Assembly (NCBI GenBank): GCA_964016885.1
Contig: OZ024755.1
Span: 41,416,001-41,480,000 of the forward strand
Origin: Eledone cirrhosa
Taxonomy: Eukaryota
DNA length: 64,000 nucleotides
Direction: 5' to 3'
Part shown: piece after piece, positions 12,301 through 27,300 of the stretch
Layout of the letters: every line of letters begins with the position of its first letter
Position numbering within the stretch: the first letter of the stretch is position 1
Translations under genes and position numbers: made by a program
The notes under the pieces: generated by a model
Seen by the model: only the letters and a program-made list of their open reading frames with translations
Database searches by the model: none
What the model was told of the DNA's origin: nothing

Positions 12301-15300
12301 AGAGAAGAAATTCCAAACATGGAAGCAAGGCCTAGAATCAGAAGGCCTTAAAATTAATCTGGCTAAGACTAAAGTTCTAGTTTGTAGGAAAGAAAATAAG
12401 GCACCGGTCCCTTCCGGGAAATGGCCATGCTCAGTGTGTAGGAAAGGCGTAGGTAGAAACTCCATTTTATGTCCCAAATGCAAAGTATGGGTTCATAAAA
12501 GATGTAGTGGGATCACAGCTAAGCTAACTAAGAACATAGATTTTACATGTGGCCGGTGCTCTGGTGCAATAAGTAGCAGCAAGTGCCCACAAAATACTAG
12601 CTCTTTCAATTGCGCAGAGGGTTCTATAGAAATAGTGGACAGCTTCCGTTACCTGGGTGACAAAATCAGCAGTGGGGGAGGGTGCTCTGAAAGTACAGTA
12701 GCTAGAGTCAGAACGGGATGGAAAAAGTTCAGAGAGCTTATACCACTATTAGCCGCTAAAGGGTTCTCCCTAAAAATGAAAGGCAGGTTGTATGATGCCT
12801 GCATATGAACAGCAATGTTGCATGGCAGTGAGACCTGGGCATTGTGTGCAGAGGATATACGCAGACTAGAGAGGAACGAAGCTTGCATGCTTCGCTGGAT
12901 GTGTAATAGTAATATATGTGAATGGCAAAGCATAAACGAACTAAGGGAAAAATTAGAAATAAGAGGGATCAGATGTTGTGTACTCGAGAGAAGACTACGT
13001 TGGTTTGGTCCACGTGATGCGCATGAAAGACGACAGCTGTATAAAAAAAATGCAGGGCAATAAAGATAGACGGTAGCCACGGAGTAGGCAGACCCAGAAA
13101 AACCTGGGACGACTTGATAAATTCCGACCTCACACACTTACACCTCTCCAAGACAATGTCACTGGACCGAGATCTTTAGCGGTACTCAGTAATAGAGAAG
13201 ACCCGCCTTACCTAAATACAAAGTAAAACCTACTACAGTCAGTAGGCACCTCTAACAAAATACACCCCCACCCCATCCACACCGCCCTTTCAATGTAAAG
13301 TTATGTTGGTGCCACAACATCCAGGCCGAAACAAATGAGGTCGTGTAGGTGTCACGACAAAAAAAAAAACACACAGTCCACGCAGTAATGTGGGCGTGTA
13401 GGTAACACGGTAAAAACCTCCCAGTCCCACACTGTAAATGTGGTTGGTGTTAGGAAGGGCATCCAACTGTAGAAAACCTGCCAGACAGTCCTATGCGAGC
13501 AAGACAATCACTCTTGCCTCAAGTGGGAAAACTCCCGTCCAAACCCATGCAAGCGTGGAATATGGACGTTAAACGATGATGATGATGATGATGATGATGA
13601 AGACAGAATTACTGCATCTCTCCATTCTTTCTCTTATTGTCTTACATACACAGCATTAGTACTCACCTATTAGTCTCTGTCTGACATACACAGCATTAGT
13701 ACTCACCTATTAGTCTCTGTCTGACATGCACAACATTAGTACTCACCTATTAGTCTCTGTCTGACATACACAGCATTAGTACTCACCTATTAGTCTCTGT
13801 CTGACATACACAGCATTAGTACTCACCTATTAGTCTCTGTCTGACATACACAGCATTAGTACTCACCTATTAGTCTCTGTCTGACATACACAGCATTAGT
13901 ACTCACCTATTAGTCTCTGTCTGACATACACAGCATTAGTACTCACCTATTAGTCTCTGTCTGACATACACAACATTAGTACTCACCTATTAGTCTCTGT
14001 CTGACATACACAACATTAGTACTCACCTATTAGTCTCTGTCTGACATACACAGCATTAGTACTCACCTATTAGCCTGTCTGACATACACAGCATTAGTAC
14101 TCACCTATTAGTCTCTGTCTGACATACACAGCATTAGTACTCACCTATTAGCCTGTCTGACATACACAGCATTAGTACTCACCTATTAGTCTCTGTCTGA
14201 CATACACAGCATTAGTACTCACCTATTAGTCTCTGTCTGACATACACAGCATTAGTACTCACCTATTAGTCTGTCTGACATACACAGCATTAGTACTCAC
14301 CTATTAGTCTGTCTGACATACACAACATTAGTACTCACCTATTAGTCTGTCTGACATACACAGCATTAGTACTCACCTATTAGTCTCTGTCTGACATACA
14401 CAGCATTAGTACTCACCTATTAGCCTGTCTGACATACACAGCATTAGTACTCACCTATTAGTCTGTCTGACATACACAACATTAGTACTCACCTATTAGT
14501 CTGTCTGACATACACAGCATTAGTACTCACCTATTAGTCTCTGTCTGACATACACAGCATTAGTACTCACCTATTAGCCTGTCTGACATACACAGCATTA
14601 GTACTCACCTATTAGTCTGTCTGACATACACAACATTAGTACTCACCTATTAGTCTGTCTGACATACACAGCATTAGTACTCACCTATTAGTCTGTCTGA
14701 CATACACAACATTAGTACTCACCTATTAGTCTGTCTGACATACACAGCATTAGTACTCACCTATTAGTCTCTGTCTGACATACACAGCATTAGTACTCAC
14801 CTATTAGCCTGTCTGACATACACAGCATTAGTACTCACCTATTAGTCTGTCTGACATACACAACATTAGTACTCACCTATTAGTCTGTCTGACATACACA
14901 ACATTAGTACTCACCTATTAGTCTCTGTCTGACATACACAGCATTAGTACTGACTTATTAGTCTCTGTCTGACATACACAACATTAGTACTCACCTATTA
15001 GTCTGTCTGACATACACAGCATTAGTACTCACCTATTAGTCTCTGTCTGACATACACAACATTAGTACTCACCTATTAGTCTCTGTCTGACATACACAGC
15101 ATTAGTACTCACCTATTAGTCTCTGTCTGACATACACAACATTAGTACTCACCTATTAGTCTCTGTCTGACATACACAACATTAGTACTCACCTATTAGT
15201 CTCTGTCTGACATACACAACATTAGTACTCACCTATTAGTCTCTGTCTGACATACACAACATTAGTACTCACCTATTAGTCTCTGTCTGACATACACAGC

Positions 15301-18300
15301 ATTAGTACTCACCTATTAGTCTGTCTGACATACACAGCATTAGTACTCACCTATTAGTCTGTCTGACATACACAGCATTAGTACTCACCTATTAGTCTCT
15401 GTCTGACATACACAGCATTAGTACTCACCTATTAGTCTGTCTGACATACACAGCATTAGTACTCACCTATTAGTCTGTCTGACATACACAGCATTAGTAC
15501 TCACCTATTAGTCTCTGTCTGACATACACAGCATTAGTACTCACCTATTAGTCTCTGTCTGACATACACAGCATTAGTACTCACCTATTAGTCTGTCTGA
15601 CATACACAGCATTAGTACTCACCTATTAGTCTGTCTGACATACACAGCATTAGTACTCACCTATTAGTCTCTGTCTGACATACACAGCATTAGTACTCAC
15701 CTATTAGTCTGTCTGACATACACAGCATTAGTACTAACCTATTAGTCTCTGTCTGACATACACAACATTAGTACTCACCTATTAGTCTCTGTCTGACATA
15801 CACAACATTAGTACTCACCTATTAGTCTCTGTCTGACATACACAACATTAGTACTCACCTATTAGTCTCTGTCTGACATACACAGCATTAGTACTCACCT
15901 ATTAGTCTGTCTGACATACACAACATTAGTACTCACCTATTAGTCTGTCTGACATACACAACATTAGTACTCACCTATTAGTCTCTGTCTGACATACACA
16001 GCATTAGTACTCACCTATTAGTCTGTCTGACATACACAGCATTAGTACTCACCTATTAGTCTGTCTGACATACACAGCATTAGTACTCACCTATTAGTCT
16101 GTCTGACATACACAGCATTAGTACTCACCTATTAGTCTGTCTGACATACACAGCATTAGTACTCACCTATTAGTCTGTCTGACATACACAGCATTAGTAC
16201 TCACCTATTAGTCTGTCTGACATACACAGCATTAGTACTCACCTATTAGTCTCTGTCTGACATACACAGCATTAGTACTCACCTATTAGTCTCTGTCTGA
16301 CATACACAGCATTAGTACTCACCTATTAGTCTGTCTGACATACACAGCATTAGTACTCACCTATTAGTCTCTGTCTGACATACACAGCATTAGTACTCAC
16401 CTATTAGTCTGTCTGACATACACAGCATTAGTACTCACCTATTAGTCTCTGTCTGACATACACAACATTAGTACTCACCTATTAGTCTCTGTCTGACATA
16501 CACAACATTAGTACTCACCTATTAGTCTCTGTCTGACATACACAACATTAGTACTCACCTATTAGTCTCTGTCTGACATACACAGCATTAGTACTCACCT
16601 ATTAGCCTGTCTGACATACACAACATTAGTACTCACCTATTAGTCTCTGTCTGACATACACAAATTTAGTACTCACCTATTAGTCTCTGTCTGACATACA
16701 CAACATTAGTACTCACCTATTAGTCTCTGTCTGACATACACAGCATTAGTACTCACCTATTAGTCTGTCTGACATACACAGCATTAGTACTCACCTATTA
16801 GTCTGTCTGACATACACAGCATTAGTACTCACCTATTAGTCTGTCTGACATACACAGCATTAGTACTCACCTATTAGTCTCTGTCTGACATACACAGCAT
16901 TAGTACTCACCTATTAGTCTCTGTCTGACATACACAGCATTAGTACTCACCTATTAGTCTGTCTGACATACACAGCATTAGTACTCACCTATTAGTCTGT
17001 CTGACATACACAGCATTAGTACTCACCTATTAGTCTCTGTCTGACATACACAGCATTAGTACTCACCTATTAGTCTCTGTCTGACATACACAACATTAGT
17101 ACTCACCTATTAGTCTCTGTCTGACATACACAGCATTAGTACTCACCTATTAGTCTGTCTGACATACACAGCATTAGTACTCACCTATTAGTCTCTGTCT
17201 GACATACACAACATTAGTACTCACCTATTAGTCTCTGTCTGACATACACAACATTAGTACTCACCTATTAGTCTCTGTCTGACATACACAACATTAGTAC
17301 TCACCTATTAGTCTCTGTCTGACATACACAGCATTAGTACTCACCTATTAGTCTGTCTGACATACACAGCATTAGTACTCACCTATTAGTCTGTCTGACA
17401 TACACAGCATTAGTACTCACCTATTAGTCTCTGTCTGACATACACAACATTAGTACTCACCTATTAGTCTCTGTCTGACATACACAGCATTAGTACTCAC
17501 CTATTAGTCTGTCTGACATACACAGCATTAGTACTCACCTATTAGTCTCTGTCTGACATACACAGCATTAGTACTCACCTATTAGTCTCTGTCTGACATA
17601 CACAACATTAGTACTCACCTATTAGTCTCTGTCTGACATACACAGCATTAGTACTCACCTATTAGTCTGTCTGACATACACAGCATTAGTACTCACCTAT
17701 TAGTCTCTGTCTGACATACACAGCATTAGTACTCACCTATTAGTCTCTGTCTGACATACACAGCATTAGTACTCACCTATTAGTCTGTCTGACATACACA
17801 ACATTAGTACTCACCTATTAGTCTCTGTCTGACATACACAGCATTAGTACTCACCTATTAGTCTCTGTCTGACATACACAACATTAGTACTCACCTATTA
17901 GTCTCTGTCTGACATACACAGCATTAGTACTCACCTATTAGTCTCTGTCTGACATACACAACATTAGTACTCACCTATTAGTCTCTGTCTGACATACACA
18001 GCATTAGTACTCACCTATTAGTCTGTCTGACATACACAGCATTAGTACTCACCTATTAGTCTCTGTCTGACATACACAGCATTAGTACTCACCTATTAGT
18101 CTCTGTCTGACATACACAACATTAGTACTCACCTATTAGTCTCTGTCTGACATACACAGCATTAGTACTCACCTATTAGTCTGTCTGACATACACAACAT
18201 TAGTACTCACCTATTAGTCTCTGTCTGACATACACAGCATTAGTACTCACCTATTAGTCTCTGTCTGACATACACAACATTAGTACTCACCTATTAGTCT

Positions 18301-21300
18301 CTGTCTGACATACACAGCATTAGTACTCACCTATTAGTCTGTCTGACATACACAGCATTAGTACTCACCTATTAGTCTCTGTCTGACATACACAACATTA
18401 GTACTCACCTATTAGTCTCTGTCTGACATACACAGCATTAGTACTCACCTATTAGTCTGTCTGACATACACAACATTAGTACTCACCTATTAGTCTCTGT
18501 CTGACATACACAGCATTAGTACTCACCTATTAGTCTCTGTCTGACATACACAACATTAGTACTCACCTATTAGTCTCTGTCTGACATACACAGCATTAGT
18601 ACTCACCTATTAGTCTGTCTGACATACACAGCATTAGTACTCACCTATTAGTCTCTGTCTGACATACACAGCATTAGTACTCACCTATTAGTCTCTGTCT
18701 GACATACACAACATTAGTACTCACCTATTAGTCTCTGTCTGACATACACAGCATTAGTACTCACCTATTAGTCTGTCTGACATACACAACATTAGTACTC
18801 ACCTATTAGTCTCTGTCTGACATACACAGCATTAGTACTCACCTATTAGTCTCTGTCTGACATACACAGCATTAGTACTCACCTATTAGTCTGTCTGACA
18901 TACACAGCATTAGTACTCACCTATTAGTCTCTGTCTGACATACACAACATTAGTACTCACCTATTAGTCTCTGTCTGACATACACAGCATTAGTACTCAC
19001 CTATTAGTCTGTCTGACATACACAGCATTAGTACTCACCTATTAGTCTCTGTCTGACATACACAACATTAGTACTCACCTATTAGTCTCTGTCTGACATA
19101 CACAACATTAGTACTCACCTATTAGTCTCTGTCTGACATACACAACATTAGTACTCACCTATTAGCCTCTGTCTGACATACACAGCATTAGTACTCACCT
19201 ATTAGTCTCTGTCTGACATACACAACATTAGTACTCACCTATTAGTCTCTGTCTGACATACACAGCATTAGTACTCACCTATTAGTCTGTCTGCCATACA
19301 CAGCATTAGTACTCACCTATTAGTCTCTGTCTGACATACACAACATTAGTACTCACCTATTAGTCTCTGTCTGACATACACAGCATTAGTACTCACCTAT
19401 TAGTCTGTCTGACATACACAACATTAGTACTCACCTATTAGTCTGTCTGACATACACAGCATTAGTACTCACCTATTAGTCTCTGTCTGACATACACAGC
19501 ATTAGTACTCACCTATTAGCCTGTCTGACATACACAGCATTAGTACTCACCTATTAGTCTGTCTGACATACACAACATTAGTACTCACCTATTAGTCTGT
19601 CTGACATACACAACATTAGTACTCACCTATTAGTCTCTGTCTGACATACACAGCATTAGTACTGACTTATTAGTCTCTGTCTGACATACACAACATTAGT
19701 ACTCACCTATTAGTCTGTCTGACATACACAGCATTAGTACTCACCTATTAGTCTCTGTCTGACATACACAACATTAGTACTCACCTATTAGTCTCTGTCT
19801 GACATACACAGCATTAGTACTCACCTATTAGTCTCTGTCTGACATACACAACATTAGTACTCACCTATTAGTCTCTGTCTGACATACACAACATTAGTAC
19901 TCACCTATTAGTCTCTGTCTGACATACACAACATTAGTACTCACCTATTAGTCTCTGTCTGACATACACAACATTAGTACTCACCTATTAGTCTCTGTCT
20001 GACATACACAGCATTAGTACTCACCTATTAGTCTGTCTGACATACACAGCATTAGTACTCACCTATTAGTCTCTGTCTGACATACACAGCATTAGTACTC
20101 ACCTATTAGTCTGTCTGACATACACAGCATTAGTACTCACCTATTAGTCTCTGTCTGACATACACAGCATTAGTACTCACCTATTAGTCTCTGTCTGACA
20201 TACACAGCATTAGTACTCACCTATTAGCCTCTGTCTGACATACACAGCATTAGTACTCACCTATTAGTCTCTGTCTGACATACACAGCATTAGTACTCAC
20301 CTATTAGTCTGTCTGACATACACAGCATTAGTACTCACCTATTAGTCTGTCTGACATACACAGCATTAGTACTCACCTATTAGTCTCTGTCTGACATACA
20401 CAGCATTAGTACTCACCTATTAGTCTGTCTGACATACACAGCATTAGTACTAACCTATTAGTCTCTGTCTGACATACACAACATTAGTACTCACCTATTA
20501 GTCTCTGTCTGACATACACAACATTAGTACTCACCTATTAGTCTCTGTCTGACATACACAACATTAGTACTCACCTATTAGTCTCTGTCTGACATACACA
20601 GCATTAGTACTCACCTATTAGTCTGTCTGACATACACAGCATTAGTACTCACCTATTAGTCTGTCTGACATACACAACATTAGTACTCACCTATTAGTCT
20701 CTGTCTGACATACACAGCATTAGTACTCACCTATTAGTCTGTCTGACATACACAGCATTAGTACTCACCTATTAGTCTGTCTGACATACACAGCATTAGT
20801 ACTCACCTATTAGTCTGTCTGACATACACAGCATTAGTACTCACCTATTAGTCTGTCTGACATACACAGCATTAGTACTCACCTATTAGTCTGTCTGACA
20901 TACACAGCATTAGTACTCACCTATTAGTCTGTCTGACATACACAGCATTAGTACTCACCTATTAGTCTCTGTCTGACATACACAGCATTAGTACTCACCT
21001 ATTAGTCTCTGTCTGACATACACAGCATTAGTACTCACCTATTAGTCTGTCTGACATACACAGCATTAGTACTCACCTATTAGTCTCTGTCTGACATACA
21101 CAGCATTAGTACTCACCTATTAGTCCTGTCTGACATACACAGCATTAGTACTCACCTATTAGTCTCTGTCTGACATACACAACATTAGTACTCACCTATT
21201 AGTCTCTGTCTGACATACACAACATTAGTACTCACCTATTAGTCTCTGTCTGACATACACAACATTAGTACTCACCTATTAGTCTCTGTCTGACATACAC

Positions 21301-24300
21301 AGCATTAGTACTCACCTATTAGTCCTGTCTGACATACACAACATTAGTACTCACCTATTAGTCTCTGTCTGACATACACAACATTAGTACTCACCTATTA
21401 GTCTCTGTCTGACATACACAGCATTAGTACTCACCTATTAGTCTCTGTCTGACATACACAACATTAGTACTCACCTATTAGTCTCTGTCTGACATACACA
21501 GCATTAGTACTCACCTATTAGTCTGTCTGACATACACAGCATTAGTACTCACCTATTAGTCTGTCTGACATACACAGCATTAGTACTCACCTATTAGTCT
21601 GTCTGACATACACAGCATTAGTACTCACCTATTAGTCTCTGTCTGACATACACAGCATTAGTACTCACCTATTAGTCTCTGTCTGACATACACAGCATTA
21701 GTACTCACCTATTAGTCTGTCTGACATACACAGCATTAGTACTCACCTATTAGTCTGTCTGACATACACAGCATTAGTACTCACCTATTAGTCTCTGTCT
21801 GACATACACAGCATTAGTACTCACCTATTAGTCTCTGTCTGACATACACAACATTAGTACTCACCTATTAGTCTCTGTCTGACATACACAGCATTAGTAC
21901 TCACCTATTAGTCTGTCTGACATACACAGCATTAGTACTCACCTATTAGTCTCTGTCTGACATACACAACATTAGTACTCACCTATTAGTCTCTGTCTGA
22001 CATACACAACATTAGTACTCACCTATTAGTCTCTGTCTGACATACACAACATTAGTACTCACCTATTAGTCTCTGTCTGACATACACAGCATTAGTACTC
22101 ACCTATTAGTCTGTCTGACATACACAGCATTAGTACTCACCTATTAGTCTGTCTGACATACACAGCATTAGTACTCACCTATTAGTCTCTGTCTGACATA
22201 CACAACATTAGTACTCACCTATTAGTCTCTGTCTGACATACACAGCATTAGTACTCACCTATTAGTCTGTCTGACATACACAAGCATTAGTACTCACCTA
22301 TTAGTCTCTGTCTGACATACACAGCATTAGTACTCACCTATTAGTCTCTGTCTGACATACACAACATTAGTACTCACCTATTAGTCTCTGTCTGACATAC
22401 ACAGCATTAGTACTCACCTATTAGTCTGTCTGACATACACAGCATTAGTACTCACCTATTAGTCTCTGTCTGACATACACAGCATTAGTACTCACCTATT
22501 AGTCTCTGTCTGACATACACAGCATTAGTACTCACCTATTAGTCTGTCTGACATACACAACATTAGTACTCACCTATTAGTCTCTGTCTGACATACACAG
22601 CATTAGTACTCACCTATTAGTCTCTGTCTGACATACACAACATTAGTACTCACCTATTAGTCTCTGTCTGACATACACAGCATTAGTACTCACCTATTAG
22701 TCTCTGTCTGACATACACAACATTAGTACTCACCTATTAGTCTCTGTCTGACATACACAGCATTAGTACTCACCTATTAGTCTGTCTGACATACACAGCA
22801 TTAGTACTCACCTATTAGTCTCTGTCTGACATACACAAGCATTAGTACTCACCTATTAGTCTCTGTCTGACATACACAACATTAGTACTCACCTATTAGT
22901 CTCTGTCTGACATACACAGCATTAGTACTCACCTATTAGTCTGTCTGACATACACAACATTAGTACTCACCTATTAGTCTCTGTCTGACATACACAGCAT
23001 TAGTACTCACCTATTAGTCTCTGTCTGACATACACAACATTAGTACTCACCTATTAGTCTCTGTCTGACATACACAGCATTAGTACTCACCTATTAGTCC
23101 TGTCTGACATACACAGCATTAGTACTCACCTATTAGTCTCTGTCTGACATACACAACATTAGTACTCACCTATTAGTCTCTGTCTGACATACACAGCATT
23201 AGTACTCACCTATTAGTCTGTCTGACATACACAACATTAGTACTCACCTATTAGTCTCTGTCTGACATACACAGCATTAGTACTCACCTATTAGTCTCTG
23301 TCTGACATACACAACATTAGTACTCACCTATTAGTCTCTGTCTGACATACACAGCATTAGTACTCACCTATTAGTCTGTCTGACATACACAGCATTAGTA
23401 CTCACCTATTAGTCTCTGTCTGACATACACAGCATTAGTACTCACCTATTAGTCTCTGTCTGACATACACAACATTAGTACTCACCTATTAGTCTCTGTC
23501 TGACATACACAGCATTAGTACTCACCTATTAGTCTCTGTCTGACATACACAACATTAGTACTCACCTATTAGTCTCTGTCTGACATACACAGCATTAGTA
23601 CTCACCTATTAGTCTCTGTCTGACATACACAGCATTAGTACTCACCTATTAGTCTGTCTGACATACACAGCATTAGTACTCACCTATTAGTCTCTGTCTG
23701 ACATACACAACATTAGTACTCACCTATTAGTCTCTGTCTGACATACACAGCATTAGTACTCACCTATTAGCTCTGTCTGACATACACAGCATTAGTACTC
23801 ACCTATTAGTCTCTGTCTGACATACACAGCATTAGTACTCACCTATTAGTCTCTGTCTGACATACACAACATTAGTACTCACCTATTAGTCTCTGTCTGA
23901 CATACACAACATTAGTACTCACCTATTAGCCTCTGTCTGACATACACAGCATTAGTACTCACCTATTAGTCTCTGTCTGACATACACAACATTAGTACTC
24001 ACCTATTAGTCTCTGTCTGACATACACAGCATTAGTACTCACCTATTAGTCTGTCTGCCATACACAGCATTAGTACTCACCTATTAGTCTCTGTCTGACA
24101 TACACAACATTAGTACTCACCTATTAGTCTCTGTCTGACATACACAGCATTAGTACTCACCTATTAGTCTGTCTGACATACACAGCATTAGTACTCACCT
24201 ATTAGTCTGTCTGACATACACAGCATTAGTACTCACCTATTAGTCTCTGTCTGACATACACAACATTAGTACTCACCTATTAGTCTCTGTCTGACATACA

Positions 24301-27300
24301 CAGCATTAGTACTCACCTATTAGTCTCTGTCTGACATACACAACATTAGTACTCACCTATTAGTCTCTGTCTGACATACACAGCATTAGTACTCACCTAT
24401 TAGTCTCTGTCTGACATGCACAGCATTAGTACTCACCTATTAGTCTCTGTCTGACATACACAACATTAGTACTCACCTATTAGTCTCTGTCTGACATACA
24501 CAGCATTAGTACTCACCTATTAGTCTCTGTCTGACATACACAGCATTAGTACTCACCTATTAGTCNNNNNNNNNNNNNNNNNNNNNNNNNNNNNNNNNNN
24601 NNNNNNNNNNNNNNNNNNNNNNNNNNNNNNNNNNNNNNNNNNNNNNNNNNNNNNNNNNNNNNNNNNNNNNNNNNNNNNNNNNNNNNNNNNNNNNNNNNNN
24701 NNNNNNNNNNNNNNNNNNNNNNNNNNNNNNNNNNNNNNNNNNNNNNNNNNNNNNNNNNNNNNNNNCATACACAACATTAGTACTGACCTATTAGTCTCTG
24801 TCTGACATACACAGCATTAGTACTCACCTATTAGTCTCTGTCTGACATACACAACATTAGTACTGACCTATTAGTCTCTGTCTGACATACACAGCATTAG
24901 TACTCACCTATTAGTCTCTGTCTGACATACACAACATTAGTACTCACCTATTAGTCTCTGTCTGACATACACAGCATTAGTACTGACCTATTAGTCTCTG
25001 TCTGACATACACAACATTAGTACTCACCTATTAGTCTCTGTCTGACATACACAGCATTAGTACTCACCTATTAGTCTCTGTCTGACATACACAGCATTAG
25101 TACTCACCTATTAGTCTCTGTCTGACATACACAGCATTAGTACTCACCTATTAGTCTCTGTCTGACATACACAACATTAGTACTCACCTATTAGTCTCTG
25201 TCTGACATGCACAACATTAGTACTCACCTATTAGTCTCTGTCTGACATACACAGCATTAGTACTGACCTATTAGTCTCTGTCTGACATACACAGCATTAG
25301 TACTCACCTACTAGTCTCTGTCTGACATACACAACATTAGTACTCACCTATTAGTCTCTGTCTGACATACACAGCATTAGTACTCACCTATTAGTCTCTG
25401 TCTGACATACACAGCATTAGTACTCACCTATTAGTCTCTGTCTGACATACACAGCATTAGTACTGACCTATTAGTCTCTGTCTGACATACACAGCATTAG
25501 TACTCACCTATTAGTCTCTGTCTGACATACACAGCATTAGTACTCACCTATTAGTCTCTGTCTGACATACACAGCATTAGTACTCACCTATTAGTCTCTG
25601 TCTGACATACACAGCATTAGTACTCACCTATTAGTCTGTCTGACATACACAACATTAGTACTCACCTATTAGTCTCTGTCTGACATACACAGCATTAGTA
25701 CTGACCTATTAGTCTCTGTCTGACATACACAGCATTAGTACTCACCTATTAGTCTCTGTCTGACATACACAGCATTAGTACTCACCTATTAGTCTCTGTC
25801 TGACACACACAGCATTAGTACTGACCTATTAGTCTCTGTCTGACATACACAGCATTAGTACTCACCTACTAGTCTCTGTCTGACATACACAACATTAGTA
25901 CTCACCTATTAGTCTCTGTCTGACATACACAGCATTAGTACTCACCTATTAGTCTGTCTGACATACACAGCATTAGTACTCACCTATTAGTCTGTCTGAC
26001 ATACACAGCATTAGTACTCACCTATTAGTCTCTGTCTGACATACACAGCATTAGTACTCACCTATTAGTCTCTGTCTGACATACACAGCATTAGTACTCA
26101 CCTATTAGTCTGTCTGACATACACAGCATTAGTACTCACCTATTAGTCTCTGTCTGACATACACAGCATTAGTACTCACCTATTAGTCTGTCTGACATAC
26201 ACAGCATTAGTACTCACCTATTAGTCTCTGTCTGACATACACAGCATTAGTACTCACCTATTAGTCTGTCTGACATACACAACATTAGTACTCACCTATT
26301 AGTCTGTCTGACATACACAACATTAGTACTCACCTATTAGTCTCTGTCTGACATACACAGCATTAGTACTCACCTATTAGTCTGTCTGACATACACAGCA
26401 TTAGTACTCACCTATTAGTCTCTGTCTGACATACACAGCATTAGTACTCACCTATTAGTCTGTCTGACATACACAGCATTAGTACTCACCTACTAGTCTC
26501 TGTCTGACATACACAACATTAGTACTCACCTATTAGTCTCTGTCTGACATACACAGCATTAGTACTCACCTATTAGTCTGTCTGACATACACAGCATTAG
26601 TACTCACCTATTAGTCTCTGTCTGACATACACAGCATTAGTACTCACCTATTAGTCTGTCTGACACACATAGCATTAGTACTCACCTATTAGTCTCTGTC
26701 TGACATACACAACATTAGTACTCACCTATTAGTCTCTGACATACACAGCATTAGTACTGACCTATTAGTCTCTGTCTGACATACACAGCATTAGTACTCA
26801 CCTATTAGTCTCTGACATACACAGCATTAGTACTGACCTATTAGTCTCTGTCTGACATACACAGCATTAGTACTCACCTATTAGTCTGTCTGACATACAC
26901 AGCATTAGTACTCACCTATTAGTCTCTGTCTGACATACACAGCATTAGTACTCACCTATTAGTCTCTGTCTGACATACACAGCATTAGTACTCACCTATT
27001 AGTCTCTGTCTGACATACACAGCATTAGTACTCACCTATTAGTCTCTGTCTGACATACACAGCATTAGTACTCACCTATTAGTCTCTGTCTGACATACAC
27101 AGCATTAGTACTCACCTATTAGTCTGTCTGACATACACAGCATTAGTACTCACCTATTAGTCTCTGTCTGACATACACAACATTAGTACTCACCTATTAG
27201 TCTCTGTCTGACATACACAGCATTAGTACTCACCTATTAGTCTCTGTCTGACATACACAGCATTAGTACTCACCTATTAGTCTCTGTCTGACATACACAG

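Noticed and set aside
24553-24777. Poly-X ORFs
   Set aside because: Assembly gap.
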